A stretch of 51,265 nucleotides of DNA from a virus (Duplodnaviria; Caudoviricetes). The translations under genes were made by a program, and so were the position numbers. The notes beneath the pieces were generated by a model. The model was not told the DNA's origin. It worked only from the letters and a program-made list of their open reading frames with translations, and searched no databases. Positions 19,232-27,770 of this stretch are shown here, in pieces; within the stretch, counting starts at the first letter, position 1, and every line of letters begins with the position of its first letter. The stretch covers positions 1-51,265 of the IMG/VR virus record IMGVR_UViG_3300019761_000008. The stretch is one strand, 5' to 3'.

Positions 19232-20959
19232 CTAGAACACTGTCGAGCAACCCGATCCATGGTCTTCATCATGATTGAACCTAGCCCATATACTATCGAT
19301 AGCTTCCTCATCACCGAACTCGCCACTTACCTGCTCACTCGGCAATCTAACATCAATCATACCCAGCTGACTGATACAGTCAATCGCATCATCATGCCCA
19401 GCAAACCCACTATATGTAGTATACTTCAACTGCTTCATAGTCTCTTGCATATCCGGAGTATCAGCTAGCTGTTGTGGAAACCACATCTTCTTATTCTGGA
19501 ACTGCGGTAACATATATCTGAACCTCTCATGCTTATTAGTACCTGTACCCTTACTCAGTATCCCCTCTCTGGTAATCGGAGCACCTTTCTGCCTAGCAAA
19601 GCTGAAGTATTGATTCCTTTTCTGCATCATCTCTTTCAACGCAAACACGTGAGCCTTCTGCTGTCCATCTACTTCAATACCTACCTCAATGTGGTTTCCG
19701 TGTCTACCCCATGTTTGTAGCATTCTGAACAACTCATTATATTGCTCTTGTATACCTTGTCTTCTTACACACACATCTAGTAGGAAGTAATCTCCATTAT
19801 GACTCACAGCCCATACCATCAGCCCACTGAAGTCGCTCTTAGCTTCACTTGTAGTTGTGAAGTCAGTAGTAATATACAGTGTATACGCACCTAAGTTCTG
19901 CATAATATTCTCTCTATTGTACTCTTGAATCAAGCTGTCTGGTACCATTCTATCTTCTTCGTTCGCCATCTTAAGCATACGCTCTTGATTGAATGCTCTA
20001 GTAGTATTACTCTTAACTGCTTGCAGATACTGCTCCCTAACAGCCTCATACGGATGCATTTCTATCCATGCTCCTCTGAATTCTGCTTCAGTAGTAGTCT
20101 CATCTATCTTCTCACATATCGGTATAGCTACAGGCGTATACGACCCATCTAATAGTGTCTTAACATTTGGATCCTGTAAGTGGAATGGTGTAAACACATT
20201 AATTATCTTACCTTTACCACCACCTTTCAGTGCATTGATCGCATCGGCATTAATCATGTCCTCTAAGTTGCCCATTATCGTCTCCGAGTAAGCAGCTGCC
20301 ATATTTGGGATAATATCATCGAACAGTATCCAATCCGGTCTATGTGCACCATGATTCGACCTAACCCCCCTGATATTACCAGAACTTGCTCCCATAGTCC
20401 TTAACAGGAACACTCTCTTATCTAGCTTCTCATTAGCCTTAACCGGCTTTCTAACCCATTCAGCCTCTGTCTCTGTAAACCTCATACTCTCGAAGTAGCT
20501 CTTACAGAACTCACTATCTTCACACATCGATCTCAATGCAAGTGCCATTACACGCCCACCACCTTGCGCACTAGCACCTACAGCTAGTATGAAGTATATT
20601 GGACCATAATTCGGTACCTCGCCCTTAACTGCACAGTAAACAGGAAGGAATGCTGTAATCACACTCGACTTACCTAAACCCCTACTCATCATAATAGCTA
20701 TACGCTTATTATTGATATTAATCTTATCCTGTACTTCCTTACTATATGGGTAGTTCTCCCTAGTTACATTGCCGAACAGCAAGTCTACTATCCAGTAGTG
20801 TACCAACGGTGAATCGAACTCAAAGTCCGCTCCATTGACTAGCCTCATTATATTGAAGAAGTCAATCGCATCAGCACTAGGTATGTAGTTCCTGAACTCC
20901 AAGTCTATATTAAGTAGTGCTTCTTCTATATCAAATACGCTATCGTTATGCTTAGCCAT
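19232..20959 (-). CDS. terL: Terminase large subunit (N4 gp68-like)
   Basis: Walker A SRGLGKSS, NIRG, RPDWILFDD (Walker B), YITTDF and HDDAIDCISQL nuclease motifs. Confidence 0.93.
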   Translation of the reverse strand: MAKHNDSVFDIEEALLNIDLEFRNYIPSADAIDFFNIMRLVNGADFEFDSPLVHYWIVDLLFGNVTRENYPYSKEVQDKININNKRIAIMMSRGLGKSSVITAFLPVYCAVKGEVPNYGPIYFILAVGASAQGGGRVMALALRSMCEDSEFCKSYFESMRFTETEAEWVRKPVKANEKLDKRVFLLRTMGASSGNIRGVRSNHGAHRPDWILFDDIIPNMAAAYSETIMGNLEDMINADAINALKGGGKGKIINVFTPFHLQDPNVKTLLDGSYTPVAIPICEKIDETTTEAEFRGAWIEMHPYEAVREQYLQAVKSNTTRAFNQERMLKMANEEDRMVPDSLIQEYNRENIMQNLGAYTLYITTDFTTTSEAKSDFSGLMVWAVSHNGDYFLLDVCVRRQGIQEQYNELFRMLQTWGRHGNHIEVGIEVDGQQKAHVFALKEMMQKRNQYFSFARQKGAPITREGILSKGTGTNKHERFRYMLPQFQNKKMWFPQQLADTPDMQETMKQLKYTTYSGFAGHDDAIDCISQLGMIDVRLPSEQVSGEFGDEEAIDSIWARFNHDEDHGSGCSTVF

Positions 20960-21692
20960 CTACTATCTCCGCATCCAGTACTACTGCATTACCTAGCTTC
21001 TGTGCATCTTTCATACTGTATCCATTCTCCAGCATCTTTCTCTGGTTATTAGCTAGTACAGCTAGTTGCTCATTCAACTGTGTCTGCATATCTTTAGTCT
21101 CTGCATTCATACCTACACTCAATTCTATCTGAGCATTCTCTGGTGGTTTAACGTGTGTCAGTAGCTTATCAGCAGCACTAATCCTATCCTTACTATAAGC
21201 AGCATCTGTCATTTCCTTGGCTAACACAGCTACAGCCTCATACCTTGACGACTGGAACATTAAGTGCAACGGCATATCACTCTGTGTCAGTATCTTCTGT
21301 ACCATCGGAGTACGTCTGAATCTACTAGCTGCATTAGTTAGCTCTCTGTATTCCATACTCTCAGTATCTACACCAATCCTATCAATAACGAACTGATCAC
21401 TTGCTCTAGCTCTTCTGTACGCCTCTGTCACATTCTCTTCTGATTCCAAGTATGCACAGAACTTCAACGCATTAATGTAGTTCCTCATCGAGTACTGACC
21501 TTCTAGCATTACATTACTATATGTAAGCAAGTTATCCATGAACTCATCACCGTTGAACATCGGATCACTATTAGCTTCATTTAGCATCTTAGCTGTCTCT
21601 TCTGTAATTGTATTCTTCTTAGCCGGGAATAGTTCCTTCAGCTTATCTACTGTATATTCAGTAGTCTCTCTTTTTACTATACCTAATCCCAT
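20952..21692 (-). CDS. Terminase small subunit candidate (N4 gp69-like)
   Basis: YINALKFCAY, AADKLLTHVKPPE motifs; overlaps the terL start. Confidence 0.75.
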   Translation of the reverse strand: MGLGIVKRETTEYTVDKLKELFPAKKNTITEETAKMLNEANSDPMFNGDEFMDNLLTYSNVMLEGQYSMRNYINALKFCAYLESEENVTEAYRRARASDQFVIDRIGVDTESMEYRELTNAASRFRRTPMVQKILTQSDMPLHLMFQSSRYEAVAVLAKEMTDAAYSKDRISAADKLLTHVKPPENAQIELSVGMNAETKDMQTQLNEQLAVLANNQRKMLENGYSMKDAQKLGNAVVLDAEIVDG

Positions 21693-21790
21693 TAGTAGTT
21701 CACCAGACCTAGGTCAATCATTAGTAGTAGTCCCACTATAGAAGCTACTAATATAGCTACCTTGGTTTGCTCTTCTAATCCTATCATTTA

Positions 21791-22057
21791 TTATCCTTTA
21801 CTTTTCCATGCATCAATACCATTACTATTCAGGTACCTAACTACATAGTCATCACTGTCAAGCACTAGCTCAACACCATTATCCACAGCTAGTCTATAGA
21901 CCCACTCTGCTTCATCTTCTTGTCTATTGTCTGTAGTGTAATCACTACTTTGTATTGTTCTGATATGCTGATACTCCCCATCTTCTGTATAAATACCAAA
22001 TTCCACATTACTGTGTTTTCGTCCTATACCAGCTATACCACTACTATTTTTAATCAT
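21791..22057 (-). CDS. Hypothetical protein
   Basis: AAAGGA RBS and upstream TTAAG-N11-TATAAT promoter. Confidence 0.55.
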   Translation of the reverse strand: MIKNSSGIAGIGRKHSNVEFGIYTEDGEYQHIRTIQSSDYTTDNRQEDEAEWVYRLAVDNGVELVLDSDDYVVRYLNSNGIDAWKSKG

Positions 22058-22077
22058 AGTTTATCCTTTAATATCTA

Positions 22078-22099
22078 ATTATACAGTACTAAGTCTTAA
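22078..22099 (-). promoter_or_regulatory. Late promoter TTAAG-N11-TATAAT
   Basis: Exact motif upstream of the terminase operon. Confidence 0.7.
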
Positions 22100-22396
22100 A
22101 CTACGGTTAGTGTTCCTTATTCTTATGCTTAGTCTTCCTACTATACTTAGTCTTATCCGGAACACTCTTAGTCCTAAGGTCAATCTCTCGTCTAGCAAAC
22201 AGCTCTTTATTATAGTCTCGTTTTTGTTTAGTACTCATAGCTATACTCTTCCTCTTCCCTCTGTAATCTAAGTAACTTACTTCTAGCTGCTACATACTTC
22301 CTAATCTCTGACTTAGTGTAGAAGGTATTAGGCAGACCATTCATTAAATCTAGTACCATCAACTCGTAGCTAATATCTATATCTTCTTCTATGTCC

Positions 22397-22774
22397 CTAC
22401 TCACCGTTAACTGCATCTACTACTCTTTCATAGGCTTTTATAGCTGTATCCTTATCTAGTAGGAAGCATTCAGTCATACCACTCCACTTCTTACCCTCAC
22501 AGTCAATCTTATCATCTGCAAACTCCTGATGTAAGCTAGTCTCTTTAGTAAATACGTCATCTACTTCCCTATCTCTCACTATCTTGATAATCGGTGTACA
22601 TCTATAACAATCAAAGTAACTACCAATAATCTGTAGCATCCTCTCCTTACTGCTATGTCCACTTGCCTTACCGAATTTGTACGCAGGTTTATCATAACCT
22701 CCCACATGTATCTCCATTAGGTACAATCGCTGTACCTTCTCCTTACCTAGGTTCCTACTTACATTGAACTTCAT
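22397..22774 (-). CDS. GIY-YIG/T5orf172-like domain protein
   Basis: LYLM...YKFGKA...ER...E.SLH...GMTECF pattern. Confidence 0.55.
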   Translation of the reverse strand: MKFNVSRNLGKEKVQRLYLMEIHVGGYDKPAYKFGKASGHSSKERMLQIIGSYFDCYRCTPIIKIVRDREVDDVFTKETSLHQEFADDKIDCEGKKWSGMTECFLLDKDTAIKAYERVVDAVNGE

Positions 22775-23298
22775 TATCTGTGTATTCTGATAAGTGTAGT
22801 TACTTCTTCTACCAGATTATGCGGTACTATCATCTCATAACCACCATCTTCTGCACGTGTTGGTACTATGCCTAGGTCGTGTAACTTAGCTGACAGCATA
22901 GCCCATCCTTCTTCGTACGTATCCTGCATACTATAGCGACTAGGACAAAATGTAAGCTTCTGAGGTTCTTCATTATACTCTGCAATATGTTTAGTTATTC
23001 TAGCACTTAGGTACTGTGTCTTATTGCTTTTAGGTGCAACCACTACTGACCTAATCTCTTTATGTCTTATCGTAGTTACTAGGATGTCATCTGTATTAAA
23101 CATGAACCCTTCATAGTTACCTAGGTATACAACACCGCTTTCAGTGTATACTACAAACCCGGTACCATCTTCTAGTTCCTCTACCACTCTATATTCTACG
23201 AACTCACTAGTAGTTATCACTACATCCTCTATAGCTAGGTCTACCATTATCGGTAATCCTAGTAACTCTTTTGTCTTATTCTTTATTAACTTTATCAT
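22774..23298 (-). CDS. Hypothetical protein
   Basis: ORF translationally coupled to the next gene. Confidence 0.55.
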   Translation of the reverse strand: MIKLIKNKTKELLGLPIMVDLAIEDVVITTSEFVEYRVVEELEDGTGFVVYTESGVVYLGNYEGFMFNTDDILVTTIRHKEIRSVVVAPKSNKTQYLSARITKHIAEYNEEPQKLTFCPSRYSMQDTYEEGWAMLSAKLHDLGIVPTRAEDGGYEMIVPHNLVEEVTTLIRIHR

Positions 23299-23309
23299 AT
23301 TATACCTTA

Positions 23310-24023
23310 TTATTTTTCTTCTACTTTAAACTTGTAGTTAGCCAGCTCCGCATATTTCATCCTAGTTGCTATGTTATCTGTAGTTATGTTATCCATCGCA
23401 ACTGAAGTGTAGTACCATGCCTTACCAGCTTCTGTCTTTATATACGCATCGGATGACCATTCTACTTTATTGCTAGTATCTTCAGTGACGTTCATCTCTT
23501 CAGTCGTCTTAATGATCTTAGCTATACCAGTCACCTTGTTAGTTGTAATGGTTATACCTTTAGTACTGTCGTACACTTTTATACTATTACCGTTAAACAG
23601 CGGATCTATATACTCCGGTCTGTGCTTAGCTATGTATACTGCATTCTGCAGTGTCCTGTGACCTACTGCCCATTGTTTGGCTATATCACTTTGCTTACCT
23701 TTGGTAGTCTGGTATTGTTTTAGTGCACTCATTACCTTCTGCGTATCTGTTAGGTTCCTTCTAGTATTTAGGCTCTTTACAATCTTAGCCACAGTAGCAT
23801 AATCTAGTTCTGGACTTAGTACTCTAGTTGTTATAGGAGTATCAGTAGCTACGCAAGCTATCTGTCTGCATCTACCGTCTACAACCTTCTCTCCAGTACC
23901 ATCATCCCACAGTACAATATCATCCTGCAGCCCGTTAGCTCTTATATCTTCAGTGAGTGCTAGTTGTTCCGCTTCGCTGGCTAGTGCTACTATACCAGCT
24001 AATTCATGTATCTCGTATGTCAT
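23310..24023 (-). CDS. ParB/Srx-like N-terminal domain protein with probable HTH
   Basis: LTEDIRANGLQDDI...VVDGRCR...NTRRNLT; QSDIAKQWAVGHRTLQ. Confidence 0.75.
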   Translation of the reverse strand: MTYEIHELAGIVALASEAEQLALTEDIRANGLQDDIVLWDDGTGEKVVDGRCRQIACVATDTPITTRVLSPELDYATVAKIVKSLNTRRNLTDTQKVMSALKQYQTTKGKQSDIAKQWAVGHRTLQNAVYIAKHRPEYIDPLFNGNSIKVYDSTKGITITTNKVTGIAKIIKTTEEMNVTEDTSNKVEWSSDAYIKTEAGKAWYYTSVAMDNITTDNIATRMKYAELANYKFKVEEK

Positions 24024-24042
24024 TTATATTCCTTATGCGTAT

Positions 24043-24064
24043 ATTATACGGTAATTGTGCTTAA
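24043..24064 (-). promoter_or_regulatory. Promoter TTAAG-N11-TATAAT
   Basis: Exact motif upstream of the ParB-like gene. Confidence 0.7.
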
Positions 24065-24071
24065 TTAGTGC

Positions 24072-24512
24072 TTAGCTACAGCTTATGTATTCTTTACATG
24101 TCACAACATCTCCGTGAGTCAGGTTAAACCACTCCCCTACACACTTTTTATGCGCAAACATACCATGTAAGTAGCTTTCAGCGGTTATAGCTTTTTCTCC
24201 TAGCGCAGCAAACATAACTAAATCTAACTTTCTGCCATTACCACTTTGTAGCGATAGCATTCTCTTAGTTATATTAGTAGTTATTCCTATCTTCGTTAGC
24301 TCGCCATCAGATACTATGTATACGCCGGTATCTGTTACTTCTTCCAGGTACTTACGTTTCTTACTCTCCGCTCTCTTCTCCTTATCTGCTATTCTTCGTA
24401 GCTTTAGGCATTCCTTACATACAGAATTAAGTCCATTACTGCTAGCTGAGCACTTAGTAAACTTTTGTTCGCCTTGAGGAACTGTGCACTCTTTGTTTCT
24501 ACATTTATGCAT
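24072..24512 (-). CDS. Zn-finger plus GIY-YIG (T5orf172-type) endonuclease
   Basis: Cys cluster; GVYIV...TKIGIT...RM..LQSGN...E..LH...GEWF. Confidence 0.75.
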   Translation of the reverse strand: MHKCRNKECTVPQGEQKFTKCSASSNGLNSVCKECLKLRRIADKEKRAESKKRKYLEEVTDTGVYIVSDGELTKIGITTNITKRMLSLQSGNGRKLDLVMFAALGEKAITAESYLHGMFAHKKCVGEWFNLTHGDVVTCKEYISCS

Positions 24513-24675
24513 CTGTTTTACCCTCTTCCACTATACGTAACATCGTTAAAGCCTTAGCCACTATTTTAGCTTCACTTACATTTGTTATACCTATTTGCTT
24601 TACGTACATACTTTTCACTACTTCTAGTGACTCTATTGCGTCTTCAGTTAATCTGAATGTTTTACTTTTTGTCAT
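24505..24675 (-). CDS. Small ribbon-helix-helix-like DNA-binding protein (56 aa)
   Basis: Not in the ORF track. Manual translation MTKSKTFRLTEDAIESLEVVKSMY...SEAKIVAKAL; AAAGGA RBS and own promoter. Confidence 0.55.
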   Translation of the reverse strand: MTKSKTFRLTEDAIESLEVVKSMYVKQIGITNVSEAKIVAKALTMLRIVEEGKTDA

Positions 24676-24699
24676 TATATTCCTTTATAGTTATATACA

Positions 24700-24721
24700 A
24701 TTATACAGTATAATTGCTTAA
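24700..24721 (-). promoter_or_regulatory. Promoter TTAAG-N11-TATAAT
   Basis: Exact motif upstream of the RHH-like gene. Confidence 0.7.
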
Positions 24722-24746
24722 TGTTGTCTTACATTGTAATACAGTG

Positions 24747-24837
24747 CGTATAAATGCGTACTTGTATTCGGTAGCTTTGTTATATATAACTATCTATATG
24801 TTGTGCGTAGTTGGTCTCAGGTACGTATAAATGCGTA
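24747..24837. repeat. 14-bp direct repeat CGTATAAATGCGTA, two copies
   Basis: Copies at 24747-24760 and 24824-24837. Confidence 0.8.
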
Positions 24838-24895
24838 TTTAACTTAAACGAAGCTTAACCTCATGTAGGGAATTTTTATATTTTTGTGTATGTGA

Positions 24896-25498
24896 TTAGG
24901 TTCCTATCGTGTACCTTTCATACATAGTCCAAGCAAGCTTCTTACCTTGTAGGAACCTTCTTAGTTCTTTGCTTATAGTAGCTTTCTTTCTAGTGTTGCC
25001 TAGAGCTAACTCTTGATCTACTATCCATTGTGCGGCACTTCCACAGCTAATGAACTCCTGTCCTGATACTACTATACTCTTACCTGTAGCCTTTACCATG
25101 TCTTCTACCGTACCATATACCCGCTCTACTTCTTTCTTCTTCTCGGCAGGATGATTAGCTCTATAGTACGCCATATTCTCTGCTTTAGTACACCATCTTA
25201 GATTATCCACGTGGTTATTAGTTTTGTCTTCATCTATATGATCTATATCATATTTACCTTCTATAGCTGGTATGAATGCTGTAGCTACTAGTCTATGTAC
25301 TGTACAAGTCCACTGTTTACCTTCAGCATTGTATATACTGGCTTTTCGGTACCCACTACCTTTAACGCTCTGCGTAAGCTCCTTTGTACTACTTGTGGCA
25401 TAGCTAACTACTCTACCATCTTCAGTAATTCTGTATCTACCTTCATACCCTACTATCCATCTTGCTTTTACTCCATCGTACTCTATTTCGTATTCCAT
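24896..25498 (-). CDS. NUMOD4-HNH homing endonuclease
   Basis: WIVGYEGRYRITEDGRV, VHRLVATAFI, IDHIDEDKTNNHVDNLRW. Confidence 0.9.
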   Translation of the reverse strand: MEYEIEYDGVKARWIVGYEGRYRITEDGRVVSYATSSTKELTQSVKGSGYRKASIYNAEGKQWTCTVHRLVATAFIPAIEGKYDIDHIDEDKTNNHVDNLRWCTKAENMAYYRANHPAEKKKEVERVYGTVEDMVKATGKSIVVSGQEFISCGSAAQWIVDQELALGNTRKKATISKELRRFLQGKKLAWTMYERYTIGT

Positions 25499-25524
25499 AC
25501 TTGTTCCTTTGTTTTATTTATATA

Positions 25525-25546
25525 ATTATAGCGTTTACTTACTTAT
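25525..25546 (-). promoter_or_regulatory. Promoter variant ATAAG-N11-TATAAT
   Basis: Upstream of the NUMOD4-HNH gene. Confidence 0.55.
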
Positions 25547-25726
25547 AACTTGCTTAGGGAGGGGGGCTTCATGTGTAGGAAAATATTTCTGCTGGGGCGA
25601 TCTTGGTATACTCCCCACACAATCATTTCGAATTGACCGCCCCCCGTAAGCTGCTAAGCATCCTTTATTTCTCTTGCCCTTCTTTACTCACACACATCCA
25701 ACGCTACCTGTCTCTACCCTTCATAG

Positions 25727-25755
25727 GTTCGCTTCGCTCACATCGAGTGGTGGTA
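25727..25755 (+). promoter_or_regulatory. N4-vRNAP-type hairpin early promoter 1
   Basis: Template strand GTGAGC-GAA-GCGAAC, followed on + by the shared YATC-N3-TGRTGGTA motif. Confidence 0.6.
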
Positions 25756-25827
25756 AGTAGTAGGTAGTCGTTAAACCATATACAGCATTGACTAGCTGTA
25801 CCTTAATCATATCATAAAGGGTATAAA

Positions 25828-26118
25828 GTGGAAAGTTTAGTATTAGTTTTAAGTATAGTTATTGTAGTTATTTGGGTATTATCTTGGTTCAGTGGTAAAG
25901 AAACAAAGAATGTAAAGAAGGACTTAGCTTCAGTTGTTGGTTTAGCTACTGAGGAGTGGAAAGTAGGTATGCACAAGCAAGCAGTTATATCTGATAACGA
26001 ATGGCTATCTGATTTAGAAGAAGAGTTCGGACTTGATAAAGAACAAGCAGTAGCTAACTCTCAAGCATTACGTGCTAGTTTAACTGGTAAACAAACTAAG
26101 AAAGAGGAGACAAAGTAA
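25828..26118 (+). CDS. Early protein with N-terminal TM helix
   Basis: First ORF after hairpin promoter 1; hydrophobic N-terminus. Confidence 0.6.
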   Translation: MESLVLVLSIVIVVIWVLSWFSGKETKNVKKDLASVVGLATEEWKVGMHKQAVISDNEWLSDLEEEFGLDKEQAVANSQALRASLTGKQTKKEETK

Positions 26119-26263
26119 TGTTACATAGATTAGGATTATGGGCAATGTCTGCTCAGTTACGAATGGTTAACAGCTATGGTGTGTCTGCATTAAAGAACAA
26201 TGTAGTACTTAAACTAACTTGGCTTACGGTACATAAGCTAACATCACTAGCAAGGAGCAAGTA

Positions 26264-26521
26264 ATGACTATTACAACAGCAATCGGTGGGGACGCAACTC
26301 ACCAGAAAGTAGCACTATCATACATCAAGCAGGGCTTAGGTCCTATTGAAGCTATGTCTGCATTAAAGCTAACTAACTATACAGTTAACGTTGGTGGTAC
26401 TAACTACAAAGTTAAGGCATCATCAGTTGCTAGTATCATTACTGGCTTTAAGCTAATTGAACATCAAGTAACTAGTGGTAAAGCTACTTGTACTAAAACG
26501 AAAGGACTACAATGGAAGTAA
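26264..26521 (+). CDS. Hypothetical early protein
   Basis: AAGGAG RBS. Confidence 0.55.
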   Translation: MTITTAIGGDATHQKVALSYIKQGLGPIEAMSALKLTNYTVNVGGTNYKVKASSVASIITGFKLIEHQVTSGKATCTKTKGLQWK

Positions 26522-26786
26522 TTGATATGATACCAGCGGGATTGGTAGTATGTATATTGGGAGCTATAGGTTATATGAGCTTCTATATTATCGATAATGG
26601 GGGCAATGATGTTTGATAAACTATGTAATTGGTTCGCAAAGTGGCTATAATGTTTGAGCAACGACTAACTTATCAGGAGCAGAATATTGTTACTATCAAG
26701 GCACTACTAGTTGATATTGCTCAGCCAGTAGTAGAAGTTACTCCAAGTGAGGAATACATAGCAGGTATTGACTTGTCTGCATATCA

Positions 26787-26817
26787 AAGCTAGCTCTTCG
26801 GAGTTAGTTTATTTTTT
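26787..26817 (+). terminator. Intrinsic terminator
   Basis: AAGCTAGCTC-TTCG-GAGTTAGTTT plus T tract. Confidence 0.8.
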
Positions 26818-26906
26818 CTTTCTACTCTCACACTGTACTCGCACACCCTTTGCAGAGAGGCCGGGAGTGAGTCTTTACATTCTACTCTCAATTCAATCAC
26901 TCTCAC

Positions 26907-26934
26907 CACACTTCGTGTGTATCTGATGATGGTA
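26907..26934 (+). promoter_or_regulatory. N4-vRNAP-type hairpin early promoter 2
   Basis: CACAC-TTC-GTGTG (template C-GAA-G triloop) followed by TATCTGATGATGGTA. Confidence 0.7.
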
Positions 26935-27035
26935 TACGCATTGTAGTACGCACTGTAGTTTGTATTGAGTGGATAGGCTTGTAGTGACATTGCATTTTGT
27001 TAACTTTATGTGAGTTTTCATTGCAATTTGTCATT

Positions 27036-27127
27036 ATTGTATAGTTTCTATACAGTTATATGTGGAAATGTAGGGTGGGATTGTATAGTTTCTATACTTT
27101 CTTGCTACTTCGACTATACTTTCTTGC
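27036..27127. repeat. Direct repeats ATTGTATAGTTTCTATAC x2 and CTATACTTTCTTGC x2
   Basis: 27036-27053 and 27080-27097; 27092-27105 and 27114-27127. Confidence 0.8.
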
Positions 27128-27225
27128 AACCCAGTTGCATTTTGCTACTCCAACCCTGATACACCAACATACACTGCAACCACTTTGCAACTAACCACAA
27201 TCCGTACACAATCACTCACCTGCAT

Positions 27226-27253
27226 CAACCTTCGGTTGTATCTATTGATGGTA
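27226..27253 (+). promoter_or_regulatory. N4-vRNAP-type hairpin early promoter 3
   Basis: CAACC-TTC-GGTTG (template C-GAA-G triloop) followed by TATCTATTGATGGTA. Confidence 0.7.
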
Positions 27254-27334
27254 CATTCAACCGAGCCACTACTAGTAGTTCCGTTGAGTTTACTACTGAG
27301 TAAACCAATCCAATCAACCTAGAAAGGGGTAACA

Positions 27335-27580
27335 ATGATAGAATTTACTATAGCCATCGTTATAGCAATCATCCTATGGAATCTGCGTACAGCATTCTAC
27401 AACAAAGCAGATGTGTTCAAAGAACAAGTCGAAATCTCTGTAACTACTAATAAAGTGGAATTACAAGACGACTACGATGAACTCATCAAGCTAATTGAAG
27501 AAAAGAAGCAATCACAAAATGGTAAGTGGCATACTATGAAAGACATAGACAAGCTTATGTATAACGACGAAAGTAAGTAA
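27335..27580 (+). CDS. Early protein with N-terminal TM helix
   Basis: First ORF after hairpin promoter 3. Confidence 0.6.
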   Translation: MIEFTIAIVIAIILWNLRTAFYNKADVFKEQVEISVTTNKVELQDDYDELIKLIEEKKQSQNGKWHTMKDIDKLMYNDESK

Positions 27581-27770
27581 CCATTATGAAGTACTTGCTA
27601 GCAATCAGTGTAGCTATACTATTAGCTACTTGTGTAGTATTCGCTAAGCCAGCTAACAGCAACTCAACCATTACGAGTATGTTCGGCACTAAACCTGCAA
27701 GCATTAGCTTCTGGTCAGCATCTGTTAAGTCTTAGACTTCACCCATTCCCAATAACAAAGAGAGAACCAA

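Noticed and set aside
1495-25525. Plus-strand ORFs overlapping the structural genes, and minus-strand ORFs over the early genes
   Set aside because: Antisense shadows of well-supported genes, with no recognisable motifs.
26787-26817. Fourth C-TTC-G hairpin promoter
   Set aside because: It folds as a UUCG tetraloop stem with a T tract and lacks the downstream YATC-N3-TGRTGGTA motif, so it is a terminator.
27036-27127. CRISPR-like mini-array
   Set aside because: Only two copies of each repeat, overlapping, with no regular spacers and no cas genes.
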